Part shown: one piece after another, positions 10,022 to 20,684 of the stretch | Numbering within the stretch: position 1 is the stretch's first letter | Layout: the number at the start of each line of letters is the position of its first letter | NCBI GenBank assembly: GCA_963742545.1 | Contig: CAVUMF010000008.1 | Location: 1,085-65,084, forward strand | Origin: an uncultured Verrucomicrobiae bacterium | GTDB taxonomy: Bacteria > Verrucomicrobiota > Verrucomicrobiia > Chthoniobacterales > UBA10450 | Direction: 5' to 3' | Length of the DNA: 64,000 nt | Program-made: the position numbers and the translations under genes | The notes under the pieces: model-generated | What the model was told of the DNA's origin: nothing | Seen by the model: the letters and a program-made list of their open reading frames with translations, nothing else | The model's database searches: none

Positions 10022-10288
10022 ATTTCTCCTTCGTGCTGCTTGCTGGAAAGAGTGCCCAGTCTCATGGACGGCACGCCTTTCCGTGGCTTTTGTCATGTGA
10101 CATTTCTGCAAAATTTTACCAGCACGAGAGCTTCGTCGCAAGGCGGCGACCAGATTTATCGGGAGGAATATTTGGCTTGCGAGACCGGGCGTTCATCGGT
10201 CGGTCGCGACACCAGATGCAATTCGTTCGCACCGACGAAAACCTCGAAGTTGCGCCGGTGTGGATTCTGCAAATACTCGGAGATATTC

Positions 10289-10684
10289 ATGATGCTGCGT
10301 CAAGGCAATGGGCTTGTCGATACGCCCAGCAGGCACTCGGTGGACGATACCGTCGGCAAACTTGAGACGATTCTCCAAGCCAAGGGGATTTCGCTGTTCG
10401 CGCTGATCGACCATAGCGGAGAAGCAGCAAAAGCTGGAATGACGATGCGTCCCACCAGGCTATTGATTTTCGGAAATCCGAGGGCCGGCACTCCCGTGAT
10501 GCTTGCTGCGCCGAGTAGCGCCATCGACCTGCCTCTAAAGATCCTGGTCTGGGAGGATGCTCAGGGAAAGGTTTGGGTGACCTACAATAGTTCTATCTAT
10601 CTGCAGGAGCGGCATGGTATTCCACCGGAACTGCTGCCCAACATCGCGGTAATCGAGACATTGGCGACGAAAGCCGCGGAATGA
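10289..10684 (+). CDS. DUF302 domain protein
   Basis: LLIFGNPRAGTPVMLAAPSSAIDLPLKILVWEDAQGKVWVTYN is characteristic of DUF302. Start set at the internal ATG-ATG at 10289. Confidence 0.7.
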   Translation: MMLRQGNGLVDTPSRHSVDDTVGKLETILQAKGISLFALIDHSGEAAKAGMTMRPTRLLIFGNPRAGTPVMLAAPSSAIDLPLKILVWEDAQGKVWVTYNSSIYLQERHGIPPELLPNIAVIETLATKAAE

Positions 10685-10783
10685 TAAAACTCTGCGACGT
10701 GGGATAACCAAATCTCGTCAAATCGAAGCGGCTGCACGAGTGCCATGTTCGAAAGAAATCGTATTTATCTCCAAGGAGGTTCC

Positions 10784-11710
10784 ATGAATTGCGTATCCAA
10801 TCTTCGTCTCGTGCCCGCCGTAATCGGGTCGTCCTTCCTATTCGCCTTATCTTTGGCGTCGATTCCCACCGCACTCTCAGACGACAACATTGATTCACGG
10901 ACGGCGGAGGTTGATGGCGTGCAACTGCATTATCTGACCGCCGGTCGCGGTCCGGCGCTCATTCTCCTGCATGGTTATGCAGAAACTTCGCGAATGTGGA
11001 AAGCGATTATCCCCCAACTGGCAGAGAAGTTCACCGTAATCGCGCCCGATTTGCCGGGGATCGGAGATTCCGCGATTCCGGCGAACGGTCTTGATATGAA
11101 GACGTCTGCGATCCGCATTCACGCGCTCGCTCGCAAGCTCGGAGTGGAGAAAGCGAGAGTTGTCGGACACGATATTGGTCTCATGGTGGCCTATGCATAC
11201 GCCGCGCAGTTCCCTGACGAGACGGAGAAGTTGGTGGTGATGGATGCATTCCTGCCCGGCGTGCCCGGATGGGAAACGATCTACAACGATCCAAATATCT
11301 GGCATTTTCGTTTTCACGGCCCAACTCCGGAAGCTTTGGTGAAAGGACGAGAACGGATCTTCTTCGAATACTTCTGGAACGATCTCGCTGCCGACAAGAC
11401 ACGTTCCATTCCGGAAGCCGATCGGAAAGCCTATACCGCGGCTTACTCCCGACCGGGGCGAATGCGCGCCGGTTGGGCTTACTTTGTTTCTTTTCAGCAA
11501 GCCGCGAAGGATTTCGAGCAACTTGCGCAGACCAAGCTGACGATGCCAGTGCTGTCAATCGGCGGGGATAAGTCGCTGGGTATTCAGCTTGCCCAGCAGA
11601 TGAAGCTGGTGGCTTCCAATGTCACCGTTGTCGTGCTGAAGGACACGGGACATTGGGTTTTGGAAGAGCGGCCCAAGGAAACAACCGAGGCGCTTGTAAA
11701 GTTTCTCTGA
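10784..11710 (+). CDS. secreted alpha/beta hydrolase (epoxide hydrolase/haloalkane dehalogenase-like)
   Basis: AAGGAGG lies 4 nt upstream of the ATG at 10784. Has a signal-like N-terminus, HGYAETSRMW, and the GHDIG nucleophile motif. Confidence 0.75.
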   Translation: MNCVSNLRLVPAVIGSSFLFALSLASIPTALSDDNIDSRTAEVDGVQLHYLTAGRGPALILLHGYAETSRMWKAIIPQLAEKFTVIAPDLPGIGDSAIPANGLDMKTSAIRIHALARKLGVEKARVVGHDIGLMVAYAYAAQFPDETEKLVVMDAFLPGVPGWETIYNDPNIWHFRFHGPTPEALVKGRERIFFEYFWNDLAADKTRSIPEADRKAYTAAYSRPGRMRAGWAYFVSFQQAAKDFEQLAQTKLTMPVLSIGGDKSLGIQLAQQMKLVASNVTVVVLKDTGHWVLEERPKETTEALVKFL

Positions 11711-11839
11711 TCGGTCGCGTGTCGCAGGCCGCGTTTTAGATCCGCCCGATGAATCGCGGCGAGGAGTCGATCCATTTTCGCCTGGGGGAGTTTGCGTCCG
11801 GCTTCTGTATGGCCAGCCGATACCGGCGCACGAGGCGTT

Positions 11840-12980
11840 TCAGGGCTTGAGGTGAGGGTTTAGCAGGTGAAGGATGACTTTCTCCATCCCGGCCACGACG
11901 CGTGTCATCGAGTCGTAATCCAGTTTGTCCGGCGTGTCGCCAGCCGAATGGTAGTACGGATACCGAAAAGGTGCCGTGTCCGTCACCATGATACCGGGAT
12001 AACCGCGCTGCCAGAATGACCATTGATCCGACCAGCCGACACCGGGTACCATGGCAGGCAAGGCACCGCCTTCGGACGGAATCTGCGCTTCCCGGCGAAA
12101 ATCGCCGATAACGTTGCGCAGCAAGGATCGCGAACCGACGTTGCTGACAAAGCCAATAAAGTTCTCCGGTTCGCGGATAGATCAGGGCGAGCCCGGGCAC
12201 GGGATATTTTTGCGAACCTGATTGGCTGGAGAAGTAGCCGATCGTTTCGAGGCTGATCATCGCCTCAATCTGGTCGCCATGTTCCCGAGAGCGACTGGCG
12301 TAGACGAAGCTACCCATCTGCGGGGTTTGAAAGTAACCGGGCTCTTCATTGACGAAAGCGACAATGCGCAAGGTCTTCTCGTTAGGCTGGCCGGCCAGGC
12401 GATGCGCGAGGGCGAGGAGCGCCGCGACTCCGCTTCCGTTGTCGTTCGCACCGGGCGAGCCGTAAACCGAGTCGTAGTGGGCGCCAACGAGGATAATCCC
12501 CGGGGAAGCGCCGGCCAATTCCGCCTCGAGGTTGTAACAGCTCTTGCCCTGAACCTCATATCCATCGCGCCGCACCTTCCAGCCGCTCAGCTCGCTTTCG
12601 ATGTAATGAGCCGCTGCCTGGAGCTGTGGGTAATGCGCCAGGTTTCGCTCGCCAATTTCACCGCCCAGCTTTTGCACGTGAGCGATCAGTTCGTCGCGGA
12701 GCTTCTTTTCGTCCGCGGAAAGCGGCGGGGCATGCCCGCGGAAACTCTCTCCCGGCATCCGGATCATGACCAACCATCCTACCATGAGCAGGAGGACAAG
12801 GCCGGACCAAAAGAGGATGCGAATCGATCGAATAATTTTCGAACGACTTCGCCCGCTCATTCTGCTGGATCTACCTTCTCGCATCACGGAAATCAACGCG
12901 GATGGGGGCGACCTGTCGAAATCGTCGCCAGACTTTTCTGAAAAAATTCCATCGACTCTTTTGCCTCGATCCTTTTTCAT
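11840..12980 (-). pseudogene. M28 family aminopeptidase with a 1-nt frameshift near 12160-12170
   Basis: The N-terminal part (GAHYDSVYGSPGANDNGSGVAALLALA, VNEEPG) reads through ...LIYPRTGE and then loses sense. The conserved continuation NFIGFVSNVGSRSLLRNVIGDF...WSDQWSFWQRGYPGIMVTDTAPFRYPYYHSAGD is in another frame (ORF 11840-12124). GGAGG precedes the ATG at 12980. Confidence 0.75.
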
Positions 12981-13025
12981 CGGGCCTCCAACTGAAATGC
13001 CGCACCTTCCTCGGAATCCAAGATC

Positions 13026-13451
13026 ATGACCTCGGACGACGAGCATCTTCGCCTGCTGGCAATTTTCCACTACGTCGTGGGCGGATTGGCGGGTTTGTTT
13101 TCCTTCTTTCCGCTGCTTTATGGGGCGATGGGGCTGATCATTCTGCACGCCCCGGAACATCCCAAGCCGGGCGAGCCGCCGCCCCATTTCCTTGGCTGGT
13201 TCTTCATCGGGTTCGGTTGCTTTTTCTTTTTGCTCGCCCTCGCTTTCGCCGTTTGCGTGGCGTTATCTGGTCGATTCATCCGGAGGCGCCGGCATTATTG
13301 GTTCAGTTTTGTGATGGCGTGTATCGAATGCCTGTTCATTCCGTTTGGTATCGTGCTGGGGGTCTTTACCATTATCGTGCTTTCGCGTCGCTCGGTGAGG
13401 GAGCTGTACGGGATCGAATCGGCGACGCCCTCCATCTCGTCGGGCGTCTAG
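13026..13451 (+). CDS. hypothetical 4-TM membrane protein
   Basis: 141-aa hydrophobic ORF, divergent from the M28 gene. No family recognised. Confidence 0.5.
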   Translation: MTSDDEHLRLLAIFHYVVGGLAGLFSFFPLLYGAMGLIILHAPEHPKPGEPPPHFLGWFFIGFGCFFFLLALAFAVCVALSGRFIRRRRHYWFSFVMACIECLFIPFGIVLGVFTIIVLSRRSVRELYGIESATPSISSGV

Positions 13452-13460
13452 CAACGGGCG

Positions 13461-14606
13461 GTGAATCCTTCATCTGTACCGGGCACCCCGGAGTACAGGC
13501 GCGATTGGAGCAGGGAGTGGATCGCATACCTGCGTCGCTGGGATTGGCCGACGATTGGGCTGATTCTTGGAATAAAGGTACTGGTGCTGACATTCGGCGT
13601 GCAAGCCGTGGCGTCGACGAGTATGTCGCATGCGGGCTGGCTCGAGATCTGGAATCACTGGGACGCAAAACATTATCTCCGTCTCGCGGAAACGGGTTAT
13701 GTGGCGGCGGGAGACAGCCGCGTTTCGCTGGTCTTTTTTCCACTTTATCCGTGGCTGGTGCGTGGAGCGGCATTCTTCGTGCACGATTATATGGCAGCGG
13801 CTTTGGTCGTTTCGGGGGTTGCTTCCATTGCCACGGGCTTGTTGCTGCGACGGCTGGTGCTCTGCGATGAATCCGACGAGGTCGCGCGGAATGCCGTTTG
13901 GTTCCTCTTTATCTTCCCGACGAGCTACTTTCTCCATATCGCTTACACAGAGAGCCTGTTTCTCGCTCTAACTCTCGGTTGTTTCCTCGCGGCGCGAAAG
14001 GAGCGCTGGGCCGCGACCGGCCTGCTCGGCGCGGCGGCCTGCCTTACGCGGATCAATGGGTTGATTCTGATACCGGCGCTGGCGACTGAAGTGGCGCTGC
14101 AATACCGGCGGACGCGCCGGTTCAATTGGCGCTGGTTCTGGATTGGCCTGATCCCGCTGGGTTTTCTCGCCTATCTTTGGCTCAATCACCATGTGACCGG
14201 TGACTTTTTCGCCTTTGCCAGGATCGAGCGAGAGCATTGGAATAAAAGGTTCGCTTGGCCCTGGTTTGGCGTGCACGACGTCTGGCTGCGCACCCTGGGA
14301 CTGAATATTAACGAAGGCCTGAACGAGTTCATCGCCATCATGCTGATCTCGGTCTGCACCATCTGGTCATGGCTGCGGTTACGACCATCTTACTCTGTCT
14401 GGATTACTTTGAACTGGTTGCTGATCAACAGCACTGCCTTTGTCCTGAGCGTGCCACGTTATGCCCTCGCGCTCTTCCCGGTTTTCATCCTCTTCTCGAT
14501 CGCCTGCACGGGGCGGCGCTTTTGGTATGCCCTGCTGACGGTATGGTCGCTGCTTTATCTCGCGCTCTACACCGGCCGTTTTGCCCAGGACTTGTGGGCC
14601 TTTTGA
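13461..14606 (+). CDS. PIG-V-like / GT-C fold mannosyltransferase family membrane protein
   Basis: 381-aa polytopic ORF. WDAKHYLRLAETGY and VFFPLYPWLVR resemble the conserved PIG-V-type motifs. GTG start. Confidence 0.55.
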   Translation: MNPSSVPGTPEYRRDWSREWIAYLRRWDWPTIGLILGIKVLVLTFGVQAVASTSMSHAGWLEIWNHWDAKHYLRLAETGYVAAGDSRVSLVFFPLYPWLVRGAAFFVHDYMAAALVVSGVASIATGLLLRRLVLCDESDEVARNAVWFLFIFPTSYFLHIAYTESLFLALTLGCFLAARKERWAATGLLGAAACLTRINGLILIPALATEVALQYRRTRRFNWRWFWIGLIPLGFLAYLWLNHHVTGDFFAFARIEREHWNKRFAWPWFGVHDVWLRTLGLNINEGLNEFIAIMLISVCTIWSWLRLRPSYSVWITLNWLLINSTAFVLSVPRYALALFPVFILFSIACTGRRFWYALLTVWSLLYLALYTGRFAQDLWAF

Positions 14607-14728
14607 TTCGGCATCGCTCCCAGGCGGGGATTCGTATTCTCATTCGGGCGGCATCCTTGCCTGACAGCGGTTGATCACCTATTTTTTATCCGGCAGTTTT
14701 ATCGAAGCCAAACAATCGAAAAGGAAAA

Positions 14729-15094
14729 ATGAACACTGAAGAAGTAGCGAAGAAGCTGGTCGAGTTGTGCAACAAGGGCGCCTACGAAGAAGCGGTCAAG
14801 ACGCTTTATGGCCAGGATGTCGTGAGCCTGGAGCCGCGGGAGATGGGAGGCATGCCCGCGGAGACGAAGGGTTTTGAAGGCGTCCATGGGAAGACGAAGT
14901 GGTGGATCGATAATCATGAGGTGCATAGCGCGAAGGCGACCGGCCCTTTTGTGGCGCGGGACACCTTTGTGGTGCGTTTTGATATTGACGTGACGGATAA
15001 GAACTCCGGCCAGCGTTTTCAGGCCTCGGAAGTGGGTATTTACAAGGTCAAGGACGGCAAGGTGGTTCGAGAAGAGTTCCTGCCGATGGCCTAA
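14729..15094 (+). CDS. SnoaL-like / NTF2-fold protein
   Basis: 121-aa ORF. The N-terminal helix NTEEVAKKLVELCNKGAYEEAVKTLY and overall pattern fit small NTF2-like proteins. Confidence 0.6.
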   Translation: MNTEEVAKKLVELCNKGAYEEAVKTLYGQDVVSLEPREMGGMPAETKGFEGVHGKTKWWIDNHEVHSAKATGPFVARDTFVVRFDIDVTDKNSGQRFQASEVGIYKVKDGKVVREEFLPMA

Positions 15095-15135
15095 ATCGAG
15101 GCCGTGGAATGGAGCGCTCCCGAGGGAATCAGCGC

Positions 15136-15825
15136 TTACCAATTAATCCGTCTGCCAGACGCGCAAAGGCGCGAACGGGGAACGTGCCCATTCCCTTTGA
15201 CCTTTACCGGCACGGCGTAAAAACGCGCGCCCCGGTCGGGGAGGGCGGCAAGACCGCACAGATGTTCCACGATCGGGATTCCGGCGCGGAGCAGGATCGA
15301 ATGGACCGGGCGTTCGCCATTGTCGGTGCAGTCGATATTAAAGGAATCGATTCCGACCAGTGCGACACGCGCTGCGACGAGCGCTTGGGCGAGTTCGGCC
15401 GTGAGATAAGGATGGCCCTCGAAGTATTGATCGGTCCGCCAATGGACATCCCAGCCGGTGTGGAAAAGGATCGCCGCCCCTTTGGCGTCCGGAAGGCTTA
15501 CGGGGCCGTTGATCGTGCGCTGTGTGCGATCCGTTGCGCGAATCACGACGCAATCAAGATTGGCGAGGCTTTCGAGGGTCAGCTCGGAGAGATCCTTCCC
15601 GTCGGCATAACGGTGAAACGGGCTGTCGAGATAGGTGCCCGTGTTTGCGACCATTTCGATCTTGCCGATCTGGAATTCCGTTCCCGGCGCATAACGGGAG
15701 CGCGAAGCTTCGCGGCTCAGATAGTCGCAGATGATCGGAGCGGGCAGGCCCTTGTAAGTGATCATGCCGTGCTCGACGCAGTGGCTGAGATCGACGAGTT
15801 GGCTGGCGGCGGTAGATGAATTCAT
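15136..15825 (-). CDS. cyclase family protein (kynurenine formamidase-like fold)
   Basis: 229-aa ORF with TGTYLDSPFH, ILFHTGW and LVGIDSFNID motifs. Confidence 0.75.
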   Translation of the reverse strand: MNSSTAASQLVDLSHCVEHGMITYKGLPAPIICDYLSREASRSRYAPGTEFQIGKIEMVANTGTYLDSPFHRYADGKDLSELTLESLANLDCVVIRATDRTQRTINGPVSLPDAKGAAILFHTGWDVHWRTDQYFEGHPYLTAELAQALVAARVALVGIDSFNIDCTDNGERPVHSILLRAGIPIVEHLCGLAALPDRGARFYAVPVKVKGNGHVPRSRLCASGRRINW

Positions 15826-16019
15826 TGCGCGAGCACTTTGTTGTTCCTCTTGTTGACGCGCAACAGCTCACCGTGGTGCTCGGCTCCAGCGGGCGTGTTC
15901 TGCGCCACAATGTGCACAGCTCGAAGGGCAATCTGAAATCCGCTCAGCGGCAGATTGCGAGGACGACTTCACCGAAGTAGCTGGCGCAACGAGATCGAGA
16001 TGGATTTCGATTTCCCCGC

Positions 16020-16439
16020 CTAGGCCGCCGCATTGTTTGCTGCCGCTTCGGTTCCACCGCCCCTGGCGATCGTGCCGGCGTGACGCCGGGATGACGCTTC
16101 ATTCAGTGCCTGCTCGAGTCGCGGCCGGCTGATTGGCTTCTGCAGAACGGCAAGCGCCCCCGAATATTCGGGCGTCAATTCGCTCCGCTCGCTCAGCCCG
16201 GAGAGAAAAAGAATGCAGCCCCCGGGGTCCTCGCTCAGAATGTTGCGACAGGCGGTCAGGCCATTCAGGTGCGCCATCGCGAAGTCCATCAGGACGACAT
16301 CGGGCTTGTTCTGACGGTAGGAGCGGATCGCATCGAGCCCGGAGTGGACGATGCCGACCACCTCGTGCCCGCAGGAGCGAACGAGATCCGCCAGCACGCC
16401 CGAAAACGCCTTTTCGTCGTCAGCGATCAACACGCGCAT
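16020..16439 (-). CDS. stand-alone response regulator receiver domain protein
   Basis: MRVLIADDE..., phospho-acceptor context DVVLMDFAM, conserved K in LQKP. There is no output domain and no kinase next to it. Confidence 0.8.
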   Translation of the reverse strand: MRVLIADDEKAFSGVLADLVRSCGHEVVGIVHSGLDAIRSYRQNKPDVVLMDFAMAHLNGLTACRNILSEDPGGCILFLSGLSERSELTPEYSGALAVLQKPISRPRLEQALNEASSRRHAGTIARGGGTEAAANNAAA

Positions 16440-16502
16440 GCCGAATGGAGCAGAAGTTTTCGTGCCTGCGCAACAAAATTGTTGTCCGCCGGCCTCCTGG
16501 CT

Positions 16503-17084
16503 TCAGCGTGACCTGGTAATCGTCCGCTCAATTCGGGGGTCCGGAACGAGCCAAATCACGGCGACCGCGATGTAAAGCACGCACGAAATCCATGGCTGGA
16601 AGAAGGCCACCGCGACCGCGATCACGTAGAGAACCGGCGAAAGATTCCCTTTCCAGTCGCTCCCGATCGCCCGTGCGAGCAGACAATTCGGACCGCCGCT
16701 TCTGATCAAGGAGCGCTGCAAGAGCCAGTAGGCACAGGCCGCGCAGAGCAGGATCAGCCCGTAAAGGGCCACCGGCGCGGCCGCGAAATGATTTTCGCCC
16801 ATCCAGCCGGTGACGAAAGGAATGAGCGAGAGCCAGAAGAGCAGGTGCAGATTAACCCAGAGATTGCGGCCGGTGATGTGCCCGGCGGCCTGCAACATAT
16901 GGTGGTGGTTGTTCCAATAGATTCCAAGAAAGACGAAGCTGAGCACGTAGCAAAGGAAGATTGGCCAGAGCGTGGCGAGGGCAGCCAGGGCTGGGTCATG
17001 CGGCACTTTCAGCTCCAACACCATGATCGTAATGATGATCGCGAAAACCCCGTCGCTGAATGCTTCGACCCGATTCTTGCCCAT
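16503..17084 (-). CDS. TMEM175 (DUF1211) family potassium channel
   Basis: RVEAFSDGVFAIIITIMVLEL signature helix and 6 TM segments. Start set at MGKNR. Confidence 0.75.
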   Translation of the reverse strand: MGKNRVEAFSDGVFAIIITIMVLELKVPHDPALAALATLWPIFLCYVLSFVFLGIYWNNHHHMLQAAGHITGRNLWVNLHLLFWLSLIPFVTGWMGENHFAAAPVALYGLILLCAACAYWLLQRSLIRSGGPNCLLARAIGSDWKGNLSPVLYVIAVAVAFFQPWISCVLYIAVAVIWLVPDPRIERTITRSR

Positions 17085-17201
17085 GGGCAAAAACGTGGAC
17101 TAACCAGGTGGGAATCAAAAGTCAAAAGCGCCATGGACCTCTCCTCCGCGTCGGCAATATTTCGCTTTGTCGGCTGGACCGTTAAGGACTCATATTCCCC
17201 C

Positions 17202-17387
17202 ATGAAACGATTGCTTCTTGCGGTCAGCTTATGCATTGGCAGCCTCTGTTTCCTCACGAACTGCGCGACAAACGATTCGGATCCGTTTCTGGTCCATCCT
17301 TCGACGGATTCAAGCGCCGACGACACCGTGCCTGGCGCCGGCGCCACGCCGCCGCCACAGAGCTCATCCGCCGGTTGGAAATGGTAG
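17202..17387 (+). CDS. small putative lipoprotein
   Basis: MKRLLLAVSLCIGSLCFLTNC signal plus Cys, followed by a Ser/Pro/Asp-rich tail. 61 aa. Confidence 0.35.
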   Translation: MKRLLLAVSLCIGSLCFLTNCATNDSDPFLVHPSTDSSADDTVPGAGATPPPQSSSAGWKW

Positions 17388-17539
17388 CGGCTTACTGCAG
17401 GCGAGCCTCCCTGCTTCAAGGCCTCCCGTAGGGCGACGCGAGGAATCCTCAGTGCCTTGAGTATCGGGCAAAAACCTCACGCCAGTCTCTTCCAGCTGCT
17501 ACTCATCCCCCAAGCAGCTGGAGCGCGTCGCGACGTTCG

Positions 17540-17953
17540 CTACGGCTTGCGGCCTTCTTCGACGTCGAAGAGGTGGCCAAGCGTCTGAATATCGTCGCGA
17601 TCGGGCAGACCCGCCTCGGCTTTGCACTTCGCCAGGTGATTGGAGGCGAAGTCATTCCAGCCGAGTTTGGAAATGAAGCCGTTCCAGATTTCGATGTCGT
17701 TCTTGTAAAGACGGTGGCCATTGGCGAAGCACCATTCCAAAATCTCCTCGTCCGTGCCGCCCTGGCGGACGCGCGCGCAGAGTTTGTCGTACTCGACGCG
17801 GAGAAACTTGATCAGGCGACGGTCGGCGCCGCGGCCCATATTTTCGTGATATTCCGGATCGAGCTGGCCTTTGGCCTTGAGCCGAATCTTGTCCAGCATA
17901 CGGGGGAAATAACGCAGTCCGTTCGTTTCGTCCTCGGTACTCCTGGGCTTCAT
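17540..17953 (-). CDS. DUF5069 domain protein
   Basis: GLRYFPRMLDKIRLKAKGQLDPEYHENMG and WNDFASNHL resemble DUF5069. Start set at MKPRST. Confidence 0.6.
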   Translation of the reverse strand: MKPRSTEDETNGLRYFPRMLDKIRLKAKGQLDPEYHENMGRGADRRLIKFLRVEYDKLCARVRQGGTDEEILEWCFANGHRLYKNDIEIWNGFISKLGWNDFASNHLAKCKAEAGLPDRDDIQTLGHLFDVEEGRKP

Positions 17954-18103
17954 GGAGAAAGCTTCCGTCGAGCCAGTCGTTGCCGCAAGCCGGCCCGGAC
18001 AGCGCGGAAGGAAGCATCGACGGCACCGCGCAGTTGTGAATAGCGTGACCGGCGGATTTGTGCGATCCGTTGCGCTCTGCGCCATCAATCGGTAAATAAT
18101 CTT

Positions 18104-18784
18104 ATGAAGCTTACCTATTACGGGCATGCCTGTTTCGCCGTCGCGGCGGGCGGCAAGCACCTGCTCTTCGATCCATTCATCAGGCCAAACCCGCTCGCGG
18201 CAAAAATAGATGTGGAAAAAATCGAGGCTGATTTCATCCTCGTCTCACATGGTCACGGAGATCACGTTGCCGACGTGGTCGAAATCGCGCAGCGCACTGG
18301 TGCAACGGTCATTGCGCCTTTCGAAGTGGGTTCCTGGTTTGAAAAAAAGGGAGTCGCGAATGTGCAACCGATGAACCACGGCGGGACGGCGACCCTGCCT
18401 TTCGGACGGGTGAAACTGACCGCCGCGGTCCATAGCAGCTCGATGCCCGACGGGAGCTACGGAGGGAATCCTTGTGGCTTTGTTCTCAAGACGAATGACG
18501 GAAACTTTTATTATTCCGGTGATACCGCCCTCACGACGGAGATGAAACTCATCGGTGAACGAACCAAATTGCGCTTTGCCGTCCTGCCGATTGGCGATTT
18601 CTTTACCATGGGAATCGAGGACGCGGTCCATGCGGCAAACTTTGTCGGAGTAACCAAGATCGTTGGCGTGCATTACGACACGTTCCCGCCGATCAAGCTC
18701 GATCACGCAGCCGCGATCAGGACCGCGCAGGCCGGCGCGAAGGAACTGCTGCTCCCGAAGATTGGGGAGACGATCGATCTATAA
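18104..18784 (+). CDS. metal-dependent hydrolase, MBL fold (UPF0173 type)
   Basis: MKLTYYGHACF..., SHGHGDH metal-binding motif, 226 aa. Confidence 0.8.
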   Translation: MKLTYYGHACFAVAAGGKHLLFDPFIRPNPLAAKIDVEKIEADFILVSHGHGDHVADVVEIAQRTGATVIAPFEVGSWFEKKGVANVQPMNHGGTATLPFGRVKLTAAVHSSSMPDGSYGGNPCGFVLKTNDGNFYYSGDTALTTEMKLIGERTKLRFAVLPIGDFFTMGIEDAVHAANFVGVTKIVGVHYDTFPPIKLDHAAAIRTAQAGAKELLLPKIGETIDL

Positions 18785-18890
18785 TGAACTCTATCCGATG
18801 GGCTCAAAGGTAGTCTTCGCTCGGCGCGGCCAACGGCGGTGCTTTTTCGCTAAGATCTCCAACGGTCGCTTGAGAAAATTCGCAGCTTTG

Positions 18891-20684
18891 CTACTGGACT
18901 GTTAGCGTCAGATCGTTTCCGTCGCCGCCTTCGTAGTTGGCTTTGAAGGTGTTGTTTCCAACTGTGATCGTGCCGCCATCGGGAAGGTTGGCGAAGGTTC
19001 CGCTAATCGGGGTCGTAGAAGTATTGCTGATGACCGTCGCGGTCTTGCGCGCGGGGAGGCTGCGGTTCGGTGCGGTCATGGTGAATTGCGCGCCGCTCAT
19101 GATCGTCACTCCGTTGGCGACGATCTCGGCACTCTTGTTCTTCAAGCCAAAGTTATAGGTTGCATCGGCATTGAAGGTCAGCAGCCCTTGGATGGTGAGA
19201 GTCACCTTCTTGTTTGTGCCAAAGCCGGGCTGCAGGATCGCGCCGCTGTTGCTCCCGGTTCCGACCGTGACTGCGCCAGCGATCGTGCCCCCGCCCCCAA
19301 GGGTGCCTCCATTGACCGCTATGCTCCCAGTGCCCGTCGCCGAGCCGCTGGTGTTGCTCGCGATCAGGGCACCCGCGTTGATCGTCGTTCCCGCCTTGTA
19401 GGTGTTTGCTCCGCTTAAGGTGAGAGTTCCCGTGCCGCTCTTGCTCACTCCACCGCTGTTCTGGATGATGCCGGAGAAACTGGTGCTCATATTATTGCTC
19501 CCGACATCCAGGAGGCGTCTGCTGAGCGACACCGTTCCTTGCCCCGACAGGGAGCCGATTACAGCCGAGGGCTGGCTCAAGCCGGTTAAGTCCATCGTCG
19601 CATTGCCCAAAACTTGGAATTGCACCTGGTCCAAAGTGGTGGGCCGGGAGTTTATCGTAATCATACCGCCCAAGCCGCCATTGGTTCCTCCCTGTGCCAC
19701 GACGACCGTTTCGCTGGAGTCGGCAATGTTATGAATCTCGAGCAGGCCGCCTTGCGCGCCGCTCCCCTGGCCACCGCTGGCGGTGAAGGTCGCATGGCCT
19801 GTCCCGCCGTAGCTATAGACCTGGCCGCCCTGGGCTCCGGCGATGGTCGCCCCGTTGGCGAGGAAGCTGTTCCCGGCACAGATCGCGCCGTCGATCTCCG
19901 TCCAGCCGCCCTCCGCGCCCGTCACCGTCGCTGCATTGCCGATAAAGGTGGCAGTTCCGATGTTGCCGCCGGTGTAGATATAGGTGCTACCGGCTGCCGC
20001 CCCATCCACTTCCCCCGGTTGGTTAATGAATGTGGCGGCTTCCGCGGTCGAATCGCTAAGCACATCGGTCGATGCCCCCCGTCACGGTTCCACTCACCTT
20101 TCCGCCCTCATTAATAATCGTCGCATTGCCAGCGCTGGCAGTGTCGGTAAAGTCAAGGCCAAAATTGGTTGCCCTCCGTAAGCGCCATCACCGATGCTTG
20201 ATCCACTGCCCTGATTGGTAATGACCACATTTTCGCCCGCCGACGCAGAGCTCTGAAAATAAATCGCTGCCGACTGCTGTCCGTCCGGCCCAGGAGCCGC
20301 TTCGGCAATCAAGTTTTGAATTTGCCCGGAGTTATTGACAATGCCGGTGCCGAAGAAAGCAATAATGTCAGAGTAGGTCGTGGCCGTCGAGGGCGTCGAA
20401 ATCAGCGTGTAGGCGCTGGCCCCGGGAGTAAACACAATCTCAGCAACGTCATTGTCCGCATTTTGTATGTCTGTTGCCCCACCGACCATGATGTCAGTGA
20501 CATTCGAGGCGCCAAAGGTCGCAACGTCGGTTTCACTGTTCGGCACGCTCGCGGGAGTCCAATTCTCCGCCGTATTCCAGAGGTTGTCGGTCGGATTCTG
20601 ATTCCAGGTTGCACTCTCAGCAATGACGTGCGGACCCAAAGCGATCGCGCAAAAGGACAGAAGAAAGAGTAGGCTGTTTTTCAT
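18891..20684 (-). pseudogene. autotransporter-associated beta-strand-repeat surface protein, broken by two frameshifts
   Basis: Signal peptide MKNSLLFLLSFCAIALGPHVIA, W-rich N-terminus (ATWNQNPTDNLWNTAENW), G/T/N-rich beta-strand repeats, and the typical C-terminal end NYEGGDGNDLTLTVQ. The frame changes near 20167-20171 and at the C6 run 20075-20080. Confidence 0.75.

Noticed and set aside
12902-13870. 322-aa plus-strand ORF spanning the M28 upstream region and two membrane-protein genes
   Set aside because: It overlaps better-supported ORFs in other frames (13026-13451 and 13461-14606) and has an Arg/Gly-rich composition typical of spurious GC-rich frames.
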